From: Malacoraja senta
Lineage: Eukaryota
Direction of reading: 5' to 3'
Length of the DNA stretch: 64,000 nucleotides
Assembly (NCBI GenBank): GCA_038087875.1
Contig: CM075990.1
Span: forward strand, 7,070,001 to 7,134,000
The notes under the pieces are model-generated. The model had not been told where the DNA came from and ran no database searches. It worked only from the letters and a program-made list of their open reading frames with translations. Both the position numbers and the translations under genes were made by a program. Of this stretch, positions 1 through 12,148 are shown one piece after another; within the stretch, counting starts at the first letter, position 1; each line of letters begins with the position of its first letter.

Positions 1-59
1 TTCTTCAGTGTTGTGCACAGTGTAATGCCCACAGAAATGTTAAGCACCAAGTATCATAA

Positions 60-430
60 CCATTCAAAATAATCAAATCAAACAAAAAAACAATCATACC
101 CACTTCCTCAGAAGACAAAGGAAGTTCGGCATGTCTCTGACTCTTACCAATTTCTACATATGCACTGTAGGAAGCATCCTGTCGAGATACAACCCAGTTT
201 GGTTTGGCAGCAGCTCCTCCCAATGCTGCAATAAATTGTAGAAAATTCCTCACCCTCTTCCCAATCACTCCTTATACACTTCACACTACCTCTGGAAAAC
301 AGCCAACATAATCAAGGACCATTTTCACCCCTGTCATTCCCTCTTCTCCCTTTTCCCATTGGGAAGATGATACAAAATCTTGAAAGCACCACCTGATTCA
401 GGGACAGCTTCTTCCGCGCTACAAGGCCTG
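60..430 (+). mobile_element. Rex1/Babar-type LINE fragment
   Basis: aatttctacatatgcactgtaggaagcatcct and cacctgattcagggacagcttcttcc are homologous to the reverse complement of 26770-27110. Confidence 0.65.
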
Positions 431-1855
431 CTGATCTCTCTTTGTTTTTTTTAATGCATTTATCGTAGGCTCGATATGCGTCATCACAGACCTTCTGAAC
501 TCCGCTGTGTTTCTTGCCACTTTCAAGGTGGCCGAGAATGTTTAGTGGGGACAACAGGAACAGTATGCTCACTTCTGGCCCGAATAGAACAGGTGAACTT
601 GTGAGAAATGAAAAAGGTGCAAAATCTCAGGTTTTTGAACAGTTGGGCTTTTCTAACTTGTTATTCACCATAACTTACTTACTATAACAACTATTAAAAG
701 ATATTTGAACAGGTACATGGATAGGAAATGTTTAGAGGAACATGGGTCAAAAGTGGGCAGGTGGGACCAGTGAAGATGTGAATCTTGGCTAGCATGGGCA
801 AGTTGGGTGGAAGGGCCCGTTTGTGTACTGTATGACTAACTGAAGAGCGCAGCAACTGCAGAGTGGCAGGATTTTAACGTGTTGAAATAAAGGAGAAAAA
901 TAACCTTTATCTCCCAGGGGTTAAAGCAATACTTTTTGCGTGTGAAAAGTCAAACTTGGCATCTTCTGTGTTGATTTGAACTTGTGTCTTCAACAAATCC
1001 TGTCCACTCTCAATGCATGATGCTTGCTGTTTGTGTCCATTCATTAGATTGACTGGAGCCCAATGATACACTCGTCAGGAGCTCATTATAGTTGTTGGTC
1101 AGGAGGACACTGTTGAATTAAGTGGCCGTCATAACTATGTGTGTTATTAATCAAGGCCTGTTAGTATTTAAAGATAAAGCCCCTTGACCTTTAAGTCAGC
1201 TACCTACATCGATCCTTGCATAATCTTACAAACGGTGGAATTTCAGACCACTTGTAGTAATTTGAGAAAGTATGCAGTAAAACCCTTCTCTTCAGTCACA
1301 ATGCTCTCGCTTAATTAAATCATCCAACTTATGTAAGAGGGGATACTGCAAATGCCATGTTTTAAAATAGTTTGCATTTCACAACCACATTTATGTAAAT
1401 GTTTATTGAAAAAGAACATCACCATTTCTGCACTTTATTTTTATGTCTTTTTCACAACTGACATCACTGATGCAAAATATCCGAGGGAGATATCTGTTTC
1501 GGCATATTAGCTTTCTGCTTGCAGCAAATTGGATAACTCTTAATCTTTGTTGGGGCGGATGATATTTTTACTTTGTACTGCCAATGTGAAGCGAGGCTGA
1601 CTAGCTGAGAATAAATCCTGAACACCTCATAGGATTAGCTGTGAAAATCTAAAACTAATCATGGCAACCTTTCAATTTTAAACTGAAGTTTGGTTATTGT
1701 GCAATTAGTGTTAGGGATCCATGCTCTTCAGAAACTGATGGCATCTTCCTCTGATAACTAGTAACCAATGCCCACATGTTTTACTTTGCAGCATCTCTAA
1801 ATTACAAGTTTAGGATTTTTTTGTCCTTTAACCATTTTTTATATTGTTTCCAAGA

Positions 1856-2275
1856 CCCACACAGCGGTAGAGTTGCTGCCTTACAGACCCGGGTTCGATC
1901 CTGACTACGGGTGTTGTCTGTACAGAGTTTATAAGTTCTCCCTGCGTGGGTCTTCCCCGGGTCCTCCTGTTTCCTCCCACATTCCAAAGGCGAAAAGGTT
2001 TGTAAGGTAATTGGCTTTGGTAAAAATTGTAAATTGTCCCTAGTGTGTAGGATAGTGTTAGTGTACGGGGATCGCTAGCCAGGTGTGGACTCTGTGGCCT
2101 GAAGGCCCTATTCCTGTAGGAGGGCAGCAGAGTGGCACAGCAGTAGAGTTGCTGCCTTACAGCGCTTGCAGCGCCGGAGACCTGGGTTCAATCCCGGCTA
2201 CAGGTGCGGGCTGTACAGAGTTTGTCCGTTCTGCCTGGGTTTTCTCTGAGATCTTCGGTTTCCTCCCAACCTCCA
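1856..2275 (+). mobile_element. Two adjacent HE1-like SINE copies
   Basis: Two tRNA-like heads (gtagagttgctgccttacag) with core sequence. Confidence 0.75.
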
Positions 2276-2632
2276 AATAAGCTCTGAACCGCATAGACGA
2301 GGGGCCATTGATTTTGTCCATTTTGCACTATTATTGGTTGTTTGTTTGTTTTATGTATATGTTTTATTCTTCCTCTCCAATAGCACAGGCCGGCTCTGAA
2401 CATGGCGTGCAACAGTGCATTTTGCAACATTTATATTCTTATTTAACACACTCACTCTCAAACTGCCCTAATTTCTACTTCTGTATTCCTTCGTTCAGAT
2501 TTCCTCTTTCTAACCTGCCCCCATTGACTGGATGCCTTTTTTAAATTGTTCATCCTCTCAGCAACCCAGGTCTCGCCCACACAGACAGTTTCCCTTTGTA
2601 CTAGCTATCACTCCCTCTACTCTCTCTGCCAC

Positions 2633-2920
2633 TTAATTTACTTTAGAGATACAGCGTGGAAACAGGCCCTTCGGCCCACCGAGTCCACACTGACCAATGG
2701 GCAGCCATACGCTAGTTCTATCTTACACACTAGGGAGAATTTACAGAGGCCAATTAACCAACAAACCTGTATGTCTTTGGATGTTGAGGGAAACCGGAGC
2801 ACCTGGAGGAAACCCACATGGTCACAGGGAGAACATACAAACTCCTCACAGACAGCAGCCGTTGTCAGGATCGAACCTGGGCCTCTGGCACTGTGAAGTA
2901 GCAATATACAGCGGTACCAC
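2633..2920 (-). mobile_element. HE1-like SINE
   Basis: tttagagatacagcgtggaaacaggcccttcggccc ... caggatcgaacctggg. Confidence 0.8.
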
Positions 2921-3759
2921 TAACCAACTTCCCTGTTCTGATGAAAAGAGAAACCCTTTCTCTTTCCATTGATGCCACCTGACTTGAAGAATTCCAGAGT
3001 TTTTTTTTTCTCGTTTCTCATGTTATAATTTATGGCCACAAATAACGATTTGTTGGCTAATATTCATTTGTCATTCAAGGCTGGCAGAATAAAATAAATC
3101 ATCTGGCACTTGAAGATATGGTTTGTTAATATTTGAAAATAGGTTACCGCTTTTATAATTAGTTCATGGTGTGACTGGAAAGGATGACATTGTGGTCCAT
3201 CCTTCCATTCCCCATGAGAAGGCGATTAATGAATTGAAAGTTTAAGTAAAAGCATTCCACTGGTGACATATTTTTGAGATGATGGAGAACTTGGGGTAGT
3301 GGCATTTCCATGTGCCATTTGCTCATTTTGTGTTTGAAAGATATTTGGGTAACCAGTGTAATTTAGAGATGACGATAGACGCAAAAAGCTGGAGTAACTC
3401 ATCTCAGGCAGCATCTCTGGAGCGAACGAATGGGTGACGTTTCGGGCCAAGACCCTTCATTGGACTGGTTAGGGAGAAGGGAAACGAGAGATATAGACGG
3501 TGATTTGGAGAGATAAAGAAGGATGAATGGAAGATATGCAAAAAAGTTACGATGTTAAAGGAAACATGCCATTATAAGCTGTTTGTAGGGTGAAAATGAG
3601 AAGCTAATGCGACTTGGGTGGGGGAGGGATGTGACTTGGGTAGCAGTACTTTTTGTGCTGCTACCTAAGTTACATGCAAATGGACATAGGGTCATTAAGA
3701 CTTGAAAGCTGAATGCAGGGCTCAAAGAGTAGTGGGTGATGTGGGTTTTAAAATATGGG

Positions 3760-3842
3760 GCATTGCTTCCAATATTCTGGAAAGAGGGAGATGTTCTTTT
3801 GCATTGCTTCCAATATTCTGGAAAGAGGGAGATGTTCTTTTG
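3760..3842. repeat. Perfect tandem duplication, 41-bp unit x2
   Basis: gcattgcttccaatattctggaaagagggagatgttctttt repeated. Confidence 0.95.
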
Positions 3843-3915
3843 AAACATGCTTTGCATGTAATGAACTAGAACCAACATCCCAGTGAATTCAATAACAAGG
3901 TCTACAGATAAGGCT

Positions 3916-4141
3916 GTTGTTTAAGAAGGAACTGCAGATGCTTGTAAATCGAAGGTACACAAAAATGCTGGAGAAACTCAGCGGGTGCAGCAGCATCGAT
4001 GGAGCGAAGGAAATAGGCAATGTTTCGGGCCGAAACCCTTCTTCAGTCTGAAGAAGGGTTTCGGCCCTAAACGTTGCCTATTTCCTTCGCTCCATCGATG
4101 CTGCTGCACCCGCTGAGTTTCTCCAGCATTTTTGTGTACCT
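3916..4141. mobile_element. Palindromic non-autonomous Penelope terminal-repeat insertion
   Basis: Arms 3953-4046 and 4048-4141 with 2 mismatches in 94 bp; direct repeat ctacagataaggct at 3902 and 4140. Confidence 0.85.
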
Positions 4142-5903
4142 ACAGATAAGGCTTTTAACTATCCAGTTTGAGGAGGGGATCGGGTGAGGGGAAATTTTGC
4201 AAGTTCAATAGGGAAAGGATGAAGTGATAATGCAGGGTAGCATCGGGTGATGTATCCAAAATATGTCATGGCAGGCAGAATGAGAAAACACAAGAACATA
4301 CAAAAAATAGAGTCTAAAATCTGTAAATCGACAAAATAAAAAATGTTGCGTGTAAATGCATGCAGCATTCATAAGATGAATTAGTGCAAAAATAGAAATT
4401 GGTACACTAGTTTGGAGAGACAGAAAGTGACTCAGAAATGTGCGTGCAAAAAAGAGTAATATAATCATCATGGGAGACGTTAATCTATATGTAGACTGGA
4501 AAAAGCAAATTAGTAATGTAATTCATGCAGTACCTATGAAATGATTTTCAACATCTGTATGTTAAGCAAACATATTTTAGATCAAGTATGAGAAATGCTC
4601 AACCTTACACTTGAGGGAACCTTTAAGGAAGGGTAATCATACTAAAGTAGAATTTTATTCAAAGATTTGTGATTTTAGTTCAATTTGAAGCAAAGGTTTT
4701 AAACTCAGAGCAAATGGCAAATATAGGTAGAACAGCGTGTCAGGCAGCATCTCAGGAGAAAAGGAATAGGTGACGTTTCGGGTCGAGACCCTTCAGACTC
4801 GGCCCAAAACATCACCTATTCCCTTTCTCCCGAGATGTTGTCTGGCCCGCTGAGTTACTCTAGCTTTTTGTGTCCATCTTCGGTTTAAACCAGCAACTGC
4901 AGTTCCTTCCTGGGCAAATATAGGTAGATAGACCCAAAATGCTGGAGTAACTCAAATACTTTAAATATAAGGCTTTAACAAGGAAATAATGATTACATAG
5001 TTTAGAACAAAAAATCCCTTTAAGGTGTAATGACCAGCAGAAAAAGTAGTCTAGTGGTAACTATTGAGATGTTAAAGGTTCCTTCAGGATTAGTTCCTTC
5101 GAAACTAATCCTGATGTTTAAAAGGGGAATGGAACATTTCCAATTCATTATCCAGGCATTAACAAGAAAATGGATAGTAGAATATTGCAGCAATCCAATG
5201 AGAAACATGATGAAGTGTATAAAACTAAATAGATTAAAAGGGAAATTTGTAAACATTGATGTTAATCCTTTGGAGAAGAAACTATATTTGGGAATAAGGA
5301 AATGGGAGAGAAATTATGGTCATCGAGTCATACAGCAAAGAAACAGACCTTTCAGCCCACTGTGCCCAGACACCATTTTTATGTGCCTGATTAATCTCAC
5401 TTAACCACGTTAGGACTGCAGCATTCCATGGCACGGAAATTCAAGTAATTGTGTCGATGTTGTAAAAGTTTCTACCTCCACCACCTTTTCTGGAAGTGCA
5501 TTATAGATGCCAACCATCCTCTGTGTAGAAAACAATTCCCAGGTAGATCGCTATTAATTAAATGCATATCCTCTAGCTTTCTTCACAGACGTCACACTGT
5601 CTCCTGAAAATAGTGAAGAACAGCAGGTCGAGAGTGACTAAGGAGCTGGGAAAAATTACAATTGAATAAAATATTTAGTGTCGGATTAACTGGTGAGACA
5701 GAGAGACGATTAAAACCATAGGATCAGTTGACCTGCATCCCCCAAGTTTGGAAAGAGATGGGGATAATGGATGTGGTGTTTTGCATCCGCAGACAGCTTG
5801 CAGTAGGGTGACACGCAGGGCCCTAAATAAAATGAGGACACAGGTGATTGTGGGTAGGATATTCTTATAGATTGTGGTTTGATTGTCATCTTCCAAGATC
5901 ACA

Positions 5904-6443
5904 TAGACTAAAACATAGAACAGTACAGCACAACCCAGGCCCTTTGACCCACAATGTCTACGTTGAGCATGATACCAAGACCGTCACTTATCTTCCAGCA
6001 CAGAATCCTCCATTCCCTGCTTGTCCAAAAGTTTCTTAAAGGACACTATTGTGTCTGTCTCAACCACCACCCCTGGCAGTGTGTTCCAGACATGTGTGTG
6101 TGTGTGGGGGGGGGGGGGGGGGGGAAGACTTGCCCAATCACCTCCTTCAAACTTTGCCCCTTTCACCTTAAAAACATGCCCTCTAGTATTTGATATTTTT
6201 CCATCCTGGGGGAAAAAGGTTCTGGCTATCCATAGCTATGCCTCTCATAATGTTATATACTTCTATCAGGCCTCCCCGTAACCTTCAGCATTCCAGAGAA
6301 AATGACCCAAGTCTGTCCAACCTCCATCTGTGGCTCATACTGCCTAATCCAGGCATCATTCTGGTAAACCTCATTTGCACCCTTTCCAAAGTGTCCGCAA
6401 TGTTCCTGTAATGGGGTGACCAGAACTGCATGCAATACTCCAC
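5904..6443 (-). mobile_element. CR1-type LINE 3' fragment, degraded
   Basis: ggggtgaccagaactgca..aatactcca and aatccaggcatcattctggtaaacc match the CR1 EYCVQFWSP...RFTRMLPG region; catagaa-type tail. Confidence 0.75.
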
Positions 6444-7398
6444 ATTCTAAATCGGATCATGCAGATTGAAAGATTGCAAATGTCATCCCGCAATTTAAGA
6501 AAGGAGGAAGAGAGTGACCGGGGGTCTTAACATTAGTCTATCTGGCAACAGTTGTAGGGAGATTGCTAGAATCTGTTTATAAAGAAGTGGTAACAGCGCA
6601 CTCAAAGTAATAACATAGGATTTACGAAAGGGAAATGATTTTGACAAACCTGTCATTGCAGCTGTTGCAGCAGAATAGAAAGGGGACACCTAGACTAGAG
6701 GATGTAGTGTGTTTATACTTGCAAATTACTTTCAGTAGCGTGAAACATCGATTCCTGAAAAAAATTAGAGGACAGGTGATTGTGGGTAAGATTAACGTGG
6801 ATTAGTTAGCACACAAAAAACTCAGTTAGAATAAATGGGTCTTGTGAGTTGGGAAGCTTTGATCATTGGAGTGATTTCAATATTAAAATATTAGAGTCTG
6901 CTGTTGCTTCAAGTTGGTGGCAGTGTAGGTTGTGTAGAGGACACAGAGGGGTTCAGGGCTAAGCGAGCGGCCAGGCAGATGGGAAATAAGGTAGAAACAT
7001 GTGGTCATTCACTTTATAGTAAGTATAGAGGTAAGAGGGTTTTTTTAAAGGTGAGAGATTGAAAGTTTAGTTTAGCGATGCAGTGTGGAAATAGGCCCTT
7101 CGGCTGATTGAGTCCGTGCCAACCAGCAATCACCCATATACTAATTCTTATCCTATGCACTAGGGACAATTTACAGAAGTCCATTAATCTACAAACCTGC
7201 ATATCTTTGGAGTGTGGGAGAAAACTAGAGCACCCAGACATTGCACCTGGCATATTTTCTATATGTTTGGGTTTCACCTCAGGAACGTACATTCGCAAAG
7301 GAGCACCACACTATATCATGTGCTGTGCCAATACTTTTGCTCTCCATAGTTTCAAAGAATCAGATAATTTAATTGAAATTTGTACAAATCTCTTTCAG

Positions 7399-7982
7399 GA
7401 CAATAGACAATAGGTGCAGGAGTAGGCCATTTGGCCCTTCGAGCCAGCACCGCCATTCAATGAGATTATGGCTGATCATCCCCAATCAGTACCCCGTTCT
7501 TGCCTTCTCCCCATATCCCCTGACCGCTATCTTCAAGAGCCCTACCTAGCTCTCTCTTGAAAGTATCCAGAGAACCGGCCTCCACCACCCTCTGAGGCAG
7601 AGAATTCCACAGACTCACAACTCTCTGTGTGAAAAAGTGTTTTTAACATCTCCGTTCTAAATAGCCTACCCCTTATTCTTAAACTAGGTTTGAGGCCTGG
7701 TTCTGGACTCCCCCAACATCGGGAACATGTTTCCTGCCTCTAGCGTGTCCAAACCCTTAATAATCATATATGTTTCAATAAGATTCCCTCTCATCCTTCT
7801 AAATTCCAGAGTATACAGGCCCAGCCACTCCATACTCTCAGCATATGACAGTCCCGCCATCCCGGGAATTAACCTTGTAAACCTACGCTGCACGCCCTCA
7901 GTAGCAAGAATGTCCTTCCTCAAATTAGGGGACCAAAACTGCACACGATACTCCAGGTGTGGTCTCACTAGGGCCCAGTACA
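7399..7982 (-). mobile_element. CR1/HER1-type LINE 3' fragment
   Basis: Minus-strand ORF LYWALVRPHLEYRVQFWSPNLRKDILATEGVQRRFTRLIPGM (CR1 ORF2 C-terminus); short tandem tail gacaata. Confidence 0.88.
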
Positions 7983-8374
7983 GGGTCAATGCAGGGATGA
8001 TGTCTCCCATATTTGTGGTGTCTGAAACCAGGGTCACAATCTCAAAACGAGTGGAGAGCCATTTGGGACAGATATACGATTTTTTTTCACCCTTAGGATT
8101 GTGAATTTTGTAATTCTATGCCCAAAAGGCATGTGGATGAGTATATTTAAAATAGATTTCATGTTTGTTTTCTGAATCAAGAGTTGTGGGTTATGCAAAG
8201 AAAGTGGTGTTATGGTGCATGGGTCCAATTGCTTATTCCTATTTATGTTAGTTAATTTCCATTTTACTATTGATAAATTAATTCTAAATCTTGTCCCTCA
8301 TTAAAGTAATCATATCTGGCTTTATTTAAAGCTGTACATCAGCTTTAAGAGAGCGAAGATGTTACTAAATCTCA

Positions 8375-9505
8375 TCATCTCCATCACAGGAGACAGACTA
8401 TTGATCGATATCTACTACAAACCCACTGACTCCCATAGCTATCTGGACTACACTTCTCTCCACCCTGCTTCCTGTAAAGACTCTATCCCCTACTCCCAAT
8501 TCCTCCGACTACGCCACATCTGCACTCAGGATGAGGTTTTCCATACCAGGTCATTGGGAATGTCCTCATTCTTTAAGAAACGGGGGTTCCCCTCTTCCAT
8601 TATAGCTGAGGCTTTCACTAGGGTCTCCTCGATATCCCGCAGCTCTGCTCTTGCTCCCCCTCCCCCCATTTGTAACAAGGACAGAGTCCCCCTTGTCCTC
8701 ACCTTCCACCCCATCAGCCATTGCATACAGCATATAATCCTCCAACATTTTCGCCACCTCCAACGGGATCCCACTACTGGTCACATCTTCTCATCTCCAC
8801 CCCTATCTGCTTTTCGCAGAGACCATTCCCTCTGCAACTCCCTGGTCAACTCGTCCCTTCCCACCCAAACCACTTCCTCCCCAGGTACTTTCCCCTGCAA
8901 CCGCAGGAGATGCAACACCTGTCCCTATACCTCCCCCCTTGACTCCATCCAAGGACCCCAACAGTCTTTTCAGGTGATGCAGAGGTTCACTTGCACCTCC
9001 TCCAACCTCGTCTACTGTATCCGCTGTTCCAGGTGTCAACTCCTGTGCATCGGCGAGACCAAGCGCAGGCTCGGTAATCGTTTCACTGAACACCTCTGCT
9101 CAGTCTGCCTTAACTTACCTGATCTCCCGGTTGCTCAGCACTTTAACTCCCCCTCTGACCTTTCTGTCCTGGGTCTCCTCCATTGTCAGAGTGAGGCCCA
9201 GCGCAAATTGGAAACACAACACCTCATATTTCACTTCTGTAGCTTACACCCCAGCGGTATGAACATTGAATTCTCTAACATCAAATGCTCTTGCTTTCCC
9301 TCTCTCGCCATCCCCTCCCCCTTCCCAGTTCTCCCACCAGTCTTACTGTCTCCGACTACATTCTATCTCTGTCCCGCCCACTCCCCTGACATCAGTCTGA
9401 AGAAGGGTCTCGACCCGAAACGTCACCCATTCCTTCTCTCCAGAGATGCTGCTGTCCTCTGAGTTGCTCCAGCATTTTATGTCTACCTATGATTTTCCAG
9501 CCTGG
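8375..9505 (+). mobile_element. Penelope-like retroelement (probably Neptune-type), 5'-truncated: RT C-terminus, Cys-rich linker, GIY-YIG endonuclease and terminal repeat
   Basis: ORF 8359-9462: IYYKPTDSHSYLDYTSLHP..SIPYSQFLRLRHIC (RT thumb), FPCNRRRCNTC, NLVYCIRCSRCQLLCIGETKRRLGNRFTEH (GIY-YIG, with YIG changed to CIG). Confidence 0.9.
9397..9424 (+). ncRNA. Minimal type I hammerhead ribozyme motif at the Penelope 3' terminal repeat
   Basis: CTGAAGA-A-GGGT(CTCG)ACCC-GAAA-C-GTC: both conserved core boxes, 4-bp stem II, palindromic ACGT helix III and a GUC triplet. Confidence 0.65.
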
Positions 9506-12148
9506 TTCTTCATAATTGTATTAACAGGCACAGGAATGACACTTTTTTTAATTATATGGCTCGGTTAAGGTTTAATTAGCATACATAAGCTTAATTACAT
9601 TGGCCTAATTTACTGGTGTTATTTCTCCCATCAAAATGAATCATGCGCTTACATTGTTTTGCTGTTTCTGATAATAGACTTGTCGAAACAGTGTCTTGCC
9701 GCCGGCTGTGCAGATGCCTCCCTGTAATTTTTGTTTTTGCAGAATGTGATGTACAAGCATGTAGACTACACTTCATCTGTTTTGACCCAATTGGAGCACA
9801 GTTTGTAATGCAGGACCTCTGGTAAACTTGAAGCAGTTTCTGAAATATTCATCGAGTTTAAATAAAATCATTTGGCAAGTGCTTTATCTTTGCTAAATGT
9901 ATTTCTGTGCCTATTACATTCAGACCTGTCTAAATGACCAGGAACTGCCATAGCTCGCAGCATAAAATGATGGTCAGCACTCACACCGGCTCAACCAGCT
10001 GGCACTGCTTGACAAACTACCATTTTGTCGTATTGAGCACACACTAACCTTTTGTGCCTTAATCTGAGCTGCCACTGAGGCTGCAGATGCAAGGAGCTGG
10101 AATCTCGAGTAAAACGCAAAGTGCTGGAGTAACTCAGGCGGGTCATGCTGCATCATCTGGAGATTGTGGACATGCGACGCTTTGGATCGGGACCCTTCTT
10201 CAGGCTGAAGAAGAGCATCACCTGTCTATTCTCTCAGCAATGCTGCCTGACCCGCTGAGTTACTCCAGCACTTTGTGATTTACTGTCATCGAGGCTCCTC
10301 CATTCCTGAAATTGACATCTTGATTTAAACTCCTTCCATATCGTGGCTGTAACCCTTTCAAGCCTGTATTCTTGAATTCACATTTTCAGTGTTCTTTCAC
10401 TGTTGGTTTATCTAGCCACGTTTCGAGTCTTTTCCAGATATATGCTTGAAATCATCATATTTATCTTATTATAGTCATAGAGTCTCACAGCGTGGAAACA
10501 TGCCCTTCGGCCCAACTTGTCCCCACTGTCCAACATGTCCCATCTGCACTAGTCTCATCTGCCTGCATTTGACCCATATTCCTCTAAACCTGTCTATCCA
10601 TGTACCTGTCTAAATGTTTCTTAAACCTTGCAATAGTACCAGCCTCAACTACCTCCTCCGGCAGCTCGTTCCATACACCTCCACCGTTTGCGTGAAAAAT
10701 GTTTCTATTAAATCTTTCCCCCCTCTCCTTAAACCTATGTCCTCTGGTTCTCTATTCCCCTGCTCTGGGCAAGAGACTCTGTGCGTCTACCCATTCTATT
10801 CCTCTCATGATTTTGTTACAGATTACTGCACGTACATTGTATCAATGCTGAAAGAAACAATATTGTTCTTTGGGATATACATTGTATTTTCCCACCACTA
10901 GTGGTCCTGACTTACATCTTCCTCATGTAAAGAACGCTTGGGGCTGGAGGGGATGTTGACACTTTCCAGCTGCTAGAATTTTACAGGAACAGTTAGTTTG
11001 AAAGTTTTAAGTTGTTTGAAACCTTGCCCAATATTTCCTTCTATGTATCTTATACACCACATGATTCGAACTGCTAAGAAATTGTAATACTTTACAATAG
11101 AACTTGGAAACCTTCAGGCTAAATTTCAAATCTTAATATACCTATTATTATACCACTGTGGCATGGTTTGTGGGAAGACTTTATCGATACAATTGATTAA
11201 AAATGGTCTAAAAGGCTTCTTGAGTAGTCTCATTAGCTGAGGGTGTAGTTCCGATCTCTCAACTCTACTCATTGTGGCCCTCGCAGTTTTTAAAATCTAT
11301 GTTACTCTGTAGCGGTAATGCAAAAATGATCTAGCACCATGTTCTGCACTCTGCCAACTTTCTCTTTCAACTACCTATTGTACTAGTGTATTACTTGATT
11401 GGATCCCTGTATGGTATGACTAGACTGGATCGCATGCAAACAAAGCATTTCACTGTATCTGACAGTAATAAACCGGTTAGTTATGATTGTTATCCATGTT
11501 GTCTTACAAAATTGCATCCGTTATAAAGGATTATAAGTTTATTGTCATATTGTGTCCTACTATTCCTAATCGGGACTTCCGCGCCGATTGGCAGGTAGAA
11601 TATGCCCCTTGCAGCCTGGGCTTTGGAATACCGGCCCAGCTGGAGCCGGCAGATCCATTACCATAGTCGACTTCCGCGGCCGACTTTGTGGGCCGGTATC
11701 TCGGCTCTCCCCCTAGGTCTGTGACCTATGTTGGCCTGGCAAAACAGATAATACTGCAAGGCCCTGGAACCGGAAAACCGGTGGTGGACCTGTATTTTAT
11801 TCTATTTGAAATACCACATTATATTTTAGTTCTGCCAATTGAAGCTTTGCTTATTCAACCAATTTCTGTTTTGTTATTTACCAACCAGTTGAATGATGCT
11901 TAAGATTATTATTTTTTTTAAAATAGTGGATAAATGGTTGCCTTGTCCTTCTGCCTCCTCGACACATTTTTAAAATTATGTTATCCTGCTGATTTAAGTG
12001 GACCTGGTGTAAGTATCCCACAGTTCTTTGTCTTCTGGAGTGAGCATGTGGGGCAGTTCATTCTTCAGATCCAGCACTGTGTATCATTTTACCAGCTCTA
12101 AGTATTCCTTCCAGCAGCAGTGCGTGCTGAAACAGTATAACGCATTTT

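Noticed and set aside
8359..9462. 367-aa ORF as a host or domesticated gene
   Set aside because: It is a 5'-truncated Penelope copy lacking the RT core, with YIG changed to CIG and read-through into the terminal repeat. Homologous decayed copies occur in the window.
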